From Takakia lepidozioides (Eukaryota; Plantae; Bryophyta): a stretch of 64,000 bases of DNA. Numbering within the stretch: position 1 is the first letter of the stretch; the number at the start of each line of letters is the position of its first letter. Positions 54,844-64,000 of the stretch are shown piece after piece. The translations under genes and the position numbers were made by a program. The DNA is taken from assembly GCA_030704615.1 (NCBI GenBank), contig CM060731.1, forward strand, positions 36,704,001 to 36,768,000, given 5' to 3'. A model generated the notes under the pieces. It had not been told where the DNA came from. It made no database searches and worked only from the letters and a program-made list of their open reading frames with translations.

Positions 54844-55899
54844 TCTTCGTGAATTATACGTTGTTTCATCTAAGACTATATGTCCGAACATTTGTTGAAC
54901 CACTTCCACCATTTTTTTGATTTGTTAATTAGGATCACCCATTGATATATCAAGTTGTTGCAATATCAACAGCGCTCACTGTCATGGGTCTTTCGCCTCA
55001 TCATTCCCATAGACCCTTGCAGAAAGTTTCTTCCTATCTCCTTGTTCTTAAGGAGCAAGGGTGTCCAAAATGATCATATGTGAAAAACTATAGCTATGAC
55101 CACTACTCCCGGATATGTAACTAAACGAATATCTATGCGTCAAATTTGTTGACAGTTGGGAACAACAAAGTCTCAAAGCTCTATCTAACATTAACCTCGT
55201 TAGAACAAGGGTCTAAAGGCCCAAAACATTCCATTGGGAACACATATAGTTACGTCTCGTCATCTAAACTTTCAACATAAGCCTCTGCATCTAACAAAAA
55301 AATTAGCCACTCTTTCAGCTCTGAAAAGGTCATATCAAAAGTCACTGGTTGGATTTGAGAACTTGCTCCATCCATCATATTGTAAAGTTTTGTTTAGTTC
55401 CATACCTTTCATATTCAAAGTTTTGTTGTAAGATTCAAGTCTCCGTACCCAAGAATTGTCTACTTTGTTTACTGTGCATATGATGACATCACAGGTATTG
55501 TAGAGTGCTTGATTGGAAGAGAAAGTGAGTGGGGCTAATGATTGTTGGAGACTCTGAGTGCAAACAATGTAAGTGTGTATGTGTATAGCTTTTGTCCTAA
55601 GGCTTAGTACATCTTTCATAGTTAAAACTTGATTCCGATGGCTACACCTATAGAGAGATTGACAGCCAAAAGATTAGCCAAATCCCCATTTCCAGAGCTC
55701 TCGTTTCAGTTATGAGGCCCATGATCTCTTAATTGTTGGATTATCTTGGTCTGGTACCTTATGTTACATCGATATGTATGTTATGTACAAATTTCAAATG
55801 AGCACTACAAGGAAACACTATGGTCAAAGAGGTCCTAATAGGCTACAATATACTCTGCCGCCTCTCATCTTTGTAGCCCTCAAGGTACTCACCAATGAC

Positions 55900-56345
55900 C
55901 TTGATCACCTCCGAAATGTCCATAATTCCAAACGGAGGAAGATGCCAAAAATGGATGTTTAGCGTCAAAGTACTTCAGATTACTATATCCACTTGCCCAT
56001 GCCACAGCTTCTGGAGGAGGCACACCAGGAAATCTTGGAACGTCACCACCGGAAAATCCTGGAACGCCACCACTGGGATATCCTGCAAAGCCACCCCTGG
56101 GAAATCCTAGACCGCTGCCGCCGGGAAACAAAAAGGGATCACCTCCTAAATGTCCATAACTTCCAAACGGAGGAAGATGCCAGAATGGATATTTAGCGTC
56201 GAAGTACGTCAGATTACCATACCCACTTGCCCATGCCACAGCTTCTGGAGGAAGAGGAGGCCCACCGGGAAATCCTGGACCGCCCCCGAGAAATGAGTCG
56301 GGATCGCCAGGTCCGAATGGTCCAAAACCTCCAAACGGAGGAGGA
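55900..56345. repeat. Compound tandem repeat: ~235-bp unit twice, with nested 24-bp repeats
   Basis: GATCACCTCC...CCACAGCTTCTGGAGGA at about 55903-56018 and 56138-56252. CCGGrAAATCCTGGA units occur between and after them. Confidence 0.8.
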
Positions 56346-57126
56346 GGAGGACGGTCTGGACGTTTTTCACTCCTATCCTCCAGCCTAAAAGTTTTATGCT
56401 CGAATTAGAAAATTTCACTCTCCCAACTATTTATGTCAAAGTACATCGTTTTTGGAGCTTGTGTCAGCACCTAAACCTTCGTATTATTTTTATTCGGAGT
56501 TATGAAATTCTTTGTGATATCATGATACTACATTGTCATTGAACACATGTTCAAAGATTGGCTCTTTATCAAGATTGACATTCTCTTAGGAGACGACAAA
56601 AAAAGAAAACAACGTCACAAGTCATTACTTTGCCCCGAAAACATGGCTTATCTAGGGAAAATCAGTTGACATATTCTTATATTCATATTCCAAACCCTAT
56701 TTTAATTAATTCTGGACTTTTGGCTTAAATCCGGACTAAACTTAATATATATTTGTATTAAATTTAATTGAAATATTAATAATATCATGGTGTAATGTGT
56801 GATTGAACTTTGTGAAATTTCAGGTAATGTCATACTTGTTTCAAAATGTGTCATAGAAGAGGTCCATTTGACATTGAAGTGCTCAATGTGAAGTAGCAGT
56901 ATTGAACAATTCATTGAACGTCCACTTGGAAGTCGAATAAAGTAATATTCCATTGCAGATCATCATGATAAACAAATGGGTCGCATCGAACATGGGCCAA
57001 ACTCGTATTATACCATACTCGATACAACTTGCTAGTAATTTTATTGATTGAATCTTCATATGAAACACAATGTTCACTAACCACGCCATTGGAATGAATC
57101 ATGTTTTGGATGTGACAAGGGCAGTA

Positions 57127-57570
57127 AAATATTAAAATAGCATGAAACATTCGGAAGAGGTACTAGGGTAGTACAATAAGGTTTGGGGTGTAACTAGAGA
57201 GAAGTGTAATAAGGTTTGGGTTTACAGTAAGGGTAAGGGTTTAGGATTTGGATTTAGGGTACAAAAAGACAAACAAATATGATGGACTCACACTCGGTAG
57301 AATTAAGAAATGGTTGAGGAATTTGATATCCCTGTAATCATTCTATCATACCTTATCCAACTAAAGAAAATATTAAAAGAGCATGAAACATTGAGAAGAT
57401 GTAACATGGTAATACAATAAGGTTTGGAGTGTAACTAGGGTAGTACACTAAAGTTATTGGTTTATGGTAAGATTAATGGTTTAGGGGTGATGGTAAAGGT
57501 AGGGTTTTCGGTTTGGGTTTAAGAACACTATTGGACAAACAAATATGGAAGACTCATAGTCGCTAGAACT
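57127..57570. repeat. ~240-bp tandem duplication with telomere-like GGGTTTA(GG) tracts
   Basis: AAATATTAAAAxAGCATGAAACATT...GACAAACAAATATG..GACTCA at about 57127-57304 and 57368-57570. Confidence 0.75.
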
Positions 57571-57885
57571 TGGTGTGTGTTAGAAGGATAAAAAATTAAA
57601 AAAAAAATGGAGAAACAAATATTATGGAAGAGTCATTGGGCCGGAGAAGTATTTAGATTGAGGATTCGTCCTTGGAACCTGGTATTAAGATACATATGGT
57701 TATGGTCTACTAGAGGTCTAGTGGTCTACGGAGACTAGTCTACTAGAGTAGCCTAGCCCCGAAGAAAAACCTGTTATGAAATATCGGAAATTTGGAAAAA
57801 CAATCGCTAAAAACCATGATCCTAACCCGCCATAACCCTAATCCATAACCCTAATAATCCAGCAGCACCAGTAAACCAGGATCAC

Positions 57886-57930
57886 AAACCACCCATACCA
57901 ACCACCATACAAACCACCATACAAACCACC
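57886..57930. repeat. 12-bp minisatellite (CAAACCACCATA)n
   Basis: About 4 units directly visible. Confidence 0.7.
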
Positions 57931-60284
57931 AGCAGAGAAGCAGCAATTCATTGAAACACCTAAACAGCTTTAATCAATTCAAACTAATTAAAACAGCTTT
58001 GGAACCACATGAATTGAAAAGAGATACTCCGCATCAGACAAGACAGCACACTCACGATACGTGACATGCAAGAATCAAATGGTGCTCTATAACCTCTGGA
58101 ACGAAAGCGAGTGAGAAAGAAAAGCAAACCAACAGCGACGTGGGCAATGCTGACCAACAAAAGCAACAACAAAACAAAAAGAAAAGAAAATCAACAAACA
58201 GAACAAAAGAGAGAATGAGATAATGACAAGCGAGCAAGAGAAAATGACATCAAACCACATGTGTAAACGAGAACATTACCTGCTAGATGCGTGAGCCATT
58301 TCGGTGCCCCTGTTGCTGACCTGAAACGCCTAACCCTTAAGCTTCCACCGCTCCGCTCTCCCTTACGCTCTGCTTCCTTCCCGTCTCCTGTCTGCACTTG
58401 AATCCGCTGTCTGCTTCATTTCCTCCACTGAACTGCACGCTCTCTTCTCTTAGCTCTCACGGCACCCTGCACAACACGGTCTTTGCTCTTCATGCTCTCC
58501 CCTCTTCAAAACTCTCTCTTTTCTAGCGTTAGTCGGTCTTACCACTTCCGCAGCGCTTCCGCGTACACAATGGAGTGGCGAAAGGGTGGGCTGAACGACC
58601 ACACCCCTTATATGGTGCCGTCGCAAAGGATCTGAACCATCGCGTCCTTTCGAAATCGAACGGTCGCGCATGTTCCATCCAACATCCATGCAAATATCAT
58701 CCAATTCATCATTTCCATTCTATCCATCCATTTTACGAATGACTAGATGAAATGAAAAAACAGATGAATGAACGAGAAAATATGACGTTAATGATCCCTT
58801 GTACATGATCATCAATTATAACCCCGCGGGATATTTCCCACACCCCACACGTGACGATAAAAGAAATGTACAAGTCAGATCCTCTTGCGGCGTTTTTCCG
58901 CTGGGAATTATTGCTCCTGACCATGTCTACATTCGGCGGATTAAGGCTTGGAATATTTCCTCTGTCACTCATTTACACCTGCCGCATTCTCGGCCGAGTG
59001 TCATAGCTGCACGATTTCATGAAACGCTTGTCATCGGCGTTAGGCCATCATCCACTTGGACAGCATTGAATGCGAAATACGTACTGCTTTATAAGCACGA
59101 GTGCAAAACCATTGAACCACCGTTATCGGCCGTTATCTTTCAGGCATCATAATTGTTACATAGGGATCTACCAGTAAAGGACACTCTTTTCCGAAATCGG
59201 TCAAAGAGTGCACTCCTGCACCATCCAGAACCGTTCGATTGTGGCCATATCGGATATCAACGGCGACGGAAATCGATCCGCGAGACAATGTATTGCACTA
59301 TCCCATTGGAGGAGTTCCAGCGGGCAACTTGGTTTCCACCTCTATATAAGGTCTAAGTGCAAACTGTTCAAACTTCTATCTCTATACCTCTCACTTGCAG
59401 ATTGTGTTTCCCGCACCTCTCTGGTCATCTCCCACCTCGCTTCCCATACTGCACCTCTCTGAGCATCATGTACCTCTGTGGCCATCGCAGGTGTAACTCT
59501 CTGAATTTCCATAATCTCTCGTGTGAACTGCATTTTCACCCGTAGAAAATGTTAAGACATCTATGTGTTTTCGATACTCTACAGGAAAATCTACTTATTT
59601 GTCATCTGCATGTTTAGAAATTACAGTCCAATACTCTCCGATTTCTGTATTTTGTTATACCTCAAGTCGTGGACCTCCACTGGACAGTCGCGTCAATGCT
59701 CACATCCATCCGTCATTACAATTATTCATCCACATAATCATGTTCATCCACTAATATTCATTCGTCCGACTTTTTTATCTGTATCTCATCTAACTTCCAC
59801 TGTACAGTGGAGGTTATATAATTAGACACAATCTTCAAATGACATGTTCCAGACCAAACAACAATTCCATTTCTATTCTACTTCTCTGAAACGTTCATAC
59901 ACGAGTGTATTTTTTTTTATTGAATTTATTCATCTCTGAATATAGTCTTCACTCATACTGCTTATTACTGTCAGTAAGGTCGTCATGGAGGGGTTTCCAG
60001 TTTCTTGAACCTCGCGTGTGCAGTGGAGGTTCCGGTGATCATGATCTTAGAGACGAGTCAAAGAGTGTTTCTTACTCTTCCCGGGTCCTCATCTCCAGTA
60101 GCCACTAGGGCCTGCCTTAATGTCTCCATTTCAGTGGTTCTCATATCATGTGATGAAGCACACTCATTATATCCTCTTCCTTATGGACATATGGATGTTG
60201 ACACCTGAAGGAGGCCATTGGGACCCCGGTGATGTAGAATGTTGGCGAAGTTCTTGCGGAGAATAACGAGTATCAAGGCCTGAC

Positions 60285-62950
60285 ATGAATCCTGATTTTA
60301 TGCCGGAGACAAGAGATACTGTCGAGAATTCTGACGTCGACGAGGATGAATCAAACCACAGACCATCGAAGAGTTCCGGGAATCCGAGCGGAGAACTCGG
60401 AAGAAACAGCTGGAGAAACTTGCAGTGCGTACTGTTGGGTGATGATGGGGGTGCACTGTTTGAGGGGAGGATTCAAGCCTGCATTCCGGACGAGGTGATC
60501 CTCAATGACAAACTGGGAGAGGACGATGTTGGAGTTCTTGTCACCAGAATACTTTCTGGAGGTTTTGGATTTTTGATGTCTCTTGTAAAATGGCCTTTAA
60601 CAAAAACACGACTTTTGGAAAGTGGGAGACTACTCTCAAATGATCTGGAGAATTTTATTAGATCCTCTGACAGTATCTTGTACGAAGATCACGAGGCAGG
60701 TGTGAAGAAAGCGGCATATCGGCATTTTACGAGAAAGAAGAGGGATCGAGAGTTGGAACACTCCAAAAAAAGAATGAAGAATCTTACTCTAGAGGAAGTC
60801 CGGTTCGTGAGCAGCAAACCTTGCTGCAGACTTCACTGCTGTCAATATTTCGATTGGCGAAAAATCTTGGCTATCCGTACTTCGTTTTGGGGATCCACTT
60901 TCAATGAAAGGAGAGAACACGGACTGAATGTTTCGAAACGACTTCACATGCTGGAAGGGACCTCTCGCAGGGCATACGTTACGATTGAGGGTGTGGATGT
61001 ATGTGAGACTGCTTGGTGGATAATTCATGGAATTGGCAGGTCCACATACATGGAGTACAAAAAGTTGAGTAAACAGGGTTGGTTGTCAAGTCTCCATGGG
61101 AACCGTGGAGTGAAGAGGCCACGCCCAATGACGCTTCAGGCAAAGGGTAATATTATGTCCATTGTCAACGGAAATACTGACCTCATGCCCCATAAGACAA
61201 GATGCATTGGGGAGGGAAGGAGGGATACTTTGAGAGTCTTACCACCTGAAATGAACTGGAAGCGAATACGAGACGAGTCCAACGAGGTATGAAATCTCCA
61301 TTTTTCAATTTCTTTCCTGGAAGATTTTTCTGATTCAATGTGGATGATCCTCCCTTCAATTTTGTGTCTTTCGACTGTGGTTCTAGCTTCAGTAACCTCC
61401 ATTGTCCAGTGGACGTTCTTTTCCTGACCCTGCCTTATTGTAATAGACCAACAAACTTTTCGGGTTGGAAGGAGTCTTGCAGTCGGCTGTTAGCCGCATC
61501 CGGAGTCGGATATTTCCTAACGTGGAGGTTCGTAAAACTGGGAGTACATTTGCGAAGTGCACGGAGTGTGAGATGTTCAAGGACCTGATCAGAAAGTCTG
61601 TCAAGAGAAGTGCAGAACAGATGACACACAAACGAGCGCTTGATAAACATTTGAGGCACCAAGAGTCGTGCAGAAGACTGTACCATAGCTGGAGGAATGA
61701 GTCTGTTATGATTCCGGAGGAGTTTCTCTGTATTATTCACAACAAAATGGATCATAGAAAAACAGTTGTTCCAAGGCTACAGACTCCAAATAAGATGATT
61801 TCTGGATTGGGTCAGCTTCCAGTTTCACTAACAGGAATAGTCACGCACGGACACGGTGATGGAGCTTATGGACAGTATTATCTTGAGTTCTGGAAGGGAA
61901 ATTCAAACTTTACAATTGGTTCTTTGGCACGTTGCCTGCGCCAGCTGGAGAAGCGAACCTGTCGCGAGTCCAGGAACATTTTCGATTACTGACTTCAAAA
62001 CGAGTTTTTCGAATCACTTTTAAGAGGTAAATCGAGATGTTTGGATGCTCTTAAACCCTGCAGGCCGGAAGACAAACGTGGTGCTCGTCCACTTCCGAGA
62101 AGACTGTACTTGCAAGTGGACAACTCTGCGAAGGACAATAAGAACAGATGGATGCTTGCTTTTCTATCCCTCCTGACTGGCAAAGATGTTTTTGAAGAAA
62201 TCCAGCTAGGGTTCCTAATGGTCGGACACACCCATGAGGACATCGACGGGTTCTTCAGCTACCTATCGAAGAAGCTGAAGGAACGAAGCACCTACATTCT
62301 TTCTGATTTGATGAGGTCTTTTATGACCTCGCAAGATCTGCAGTTCATTCCACAGATTATTTAGGAGGTTCCTGACTTCAAGAATTTTGTCTAGGGCTGT
62401 ATTTTGGATGGAAAGGAGGCGTTGGTCGGGATTTCGGAGATGCACGTATTCCGTTTTTTTAAGGATGCGGAGGGCTGGCCCGTCATGAAGTACAAGAAGT
62501 CCGCTACTGATTCGGATTGGCTTCCAACAAACAATAGCGTGAAGATGTGGAAGTCCAATCCTGACAGGACTCCGAAGCTCCCTGAAGGAGACCCAGACGC
62601 CGTTCCAAGGAGACCTATCTGGGGAGTCGAGGACGACTCCTCCGAAAAACAGTCATTCATTAAGAATGAAATAAAAAAATACAGGGATTTTTGGACGAAA
62701 TGAATGATGCTTGACGATCATTACAGAGGTCGAATGGAACAATACGACCAATACTGGGGAAACATTCTCGCCGAGCTGGATAAGCCAATTCCAGAAGCTC
62801 CCGACCGTATTCAGCTTCTTGAGGGATTCTGGCCGAAAACAAATTGGTCCAGGAATCATCACAGAGATGGAATCCATCCACATATATTGCCAGATGTGGA
62901 TGAAGAGGATGAAATCCTAGAACCTTACTGTGGCCCGAGGTGTGAGCGAC
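60285..62950 (+). pseudogene. Sola-like DDD transposase pseudogene with one intron
   Basis: Exon 1 60285-61286 (CC..HCC and VCETAW motifs), intron 61287-61446, then a single frame with FAKCTEC, CIIHNKMDH, LYLQVDNSAKDNKN and FLMVGHTHEDIDGFFS. In-frame stops at 61990, 62362 and 62701. The 3' part appears deleted. Confidence 0.8.
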
Positions 62951-64000
62951 TAACCCAACAGACTTAGAAAGGTACAGGGACTGTTGATCAAAACTTTGGG
63001 AGTATAACTCGTCAGATCCTTCTCAATGGATCCACGTGAACAATGTTGTGTGGACAATGCCTCCACGAAAAAATACAACAAGGAATAGCATTAAGAGAAT
63101 TACTGCCACCGAAGCAGTGAAGGCGCGCGCTAATTTGGAGGAGGCTAATTGTCAGTCAGAAAACGAGTCGTGCGAGCGAGTTCCAGAGCAAAGAAATATT
63201 GTTGAGGTCAACTCCAGTACTTCGATTTAAGAAATAAATTTTTCTTCTCTATATGACCCTTCTTGTTTGCGTTGGGGGATCATTTTTGTTATCTTCTTAT
63301 GTCGCACTGAACCTCGAGTGTCCAGTGGACGTTCTCGTCCTTTGTTTCTGGTTTGATAGATGTTGGTCTGCTATACGTCCTGGTCAACAAAGATGACCCT
63401 GTGGGGGAGTTTTGCCTACATAACATATAGATCACAAGAACAAAATGGGCGGGCACGACCACTGGAGTCTTCAAATTCGGTCAAAGAGGTTTTTAACAAC
63501 GGAAGAAAATAGTCCATTTCCAGTCCTTCTCTGAAACATTGGACTTGCTTTTCACATAACCAATTCTCCCACTGAAGTCTCCCGCTAGGAGGAGCCTTAC
63601 TCAATCGTTGTTGACATACAGTTTTTCAATTTGTCAGTCCTCAAGTTTTTTCTATGATGGCTGCCTTCCACCTGCCTCCGAACCTGCACTGCCGCTACCG
63701 CTGTTACTCTGAGAAGCCCTCCCCTCAAAGGTTTTCCTCCATTTTCCCTCTAAGCTCTACGACTTTTCTGCACCAAATTTTCATTTCATTTCATTTTCAT
63801 ACTTCTCATCTTTAGCCCTAGTTTAAGAGGAAATTTCATATGTCATTTTTCGTTGTTCAAATTCAATTTTTATTTCTCATAGTTTTTATTTGGTGGTTGA
63901 CTTTTTATCCTCTCTCATGTTTTCTTCAGATCCATTTTCTCCCATGAGATAAGTCGTTATATAATGCCATTTTCTTTCCAAATCTATTCATACCATAACC

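Noticed and set aside
55889-56239. Gly/Pro-rich 116-aa minus-strand ORF
   Set aside because: Fully explained by the 24-bp and 235-bp tandem repeats, with no convincing ATG start.
57230-57860. True or interstitial telomere
   Set aside because: Only isolated, degenerate TTTAGGG-like units inside larger repeats.
61990-62703. Stop codons corrected by U-to-C RNA editing or readthrough
   Set aside because: Plant U-to-C editing is organellar. Transition mutations in a silenced nuclear transposon explain the stops more simply.

Overview
Eukaryotic nuclear DNA with spliceosomal GT-AG introns, from a land plant that probably has flagellated sperm. Moss/bryophyte-like is an inference from PLS-class PPR remnants, canonical LC8 dynein light chains and a sperm-tail PGPGxY-repeat protein. 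1-15.8 kb is a nest of transposon debris: a pogo-type DDE fragment fused to a gypsy gag piece, a PPR pseudogene split by a 2.7-kb insertion, an array of about 13 palindromes, a head-to-tail Helitron concatemer, a CACTA-like element, a TTAA-flanked piggyBac-like element and a long hairpin. 16.4-33.9 kb holds three minus-strand genes: ATR3/NDOR1 diflavin reductase, chloroplast rhodanese STR11, and a UIM + RING-H2 E3 ligase with an RTEX-like LINE in an intron. 35-54 kb holds four plus-strand genes: two tandem LC8 dynein light chains, a SHIPPO/ODF3-like protein and a fungal-looking MYND + DUF4470 gene. 54-64 kb is repeats plus a Sola-like transposase pseudogene. The best leads are the possible sperm-flagellum neighbourhood with the MYND-DUF4470 gene (possible horizontal transfer), the piggyBac-like element in a plant, and the palindrome array. 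All family assignments are by motif recognition only; no database search was run.
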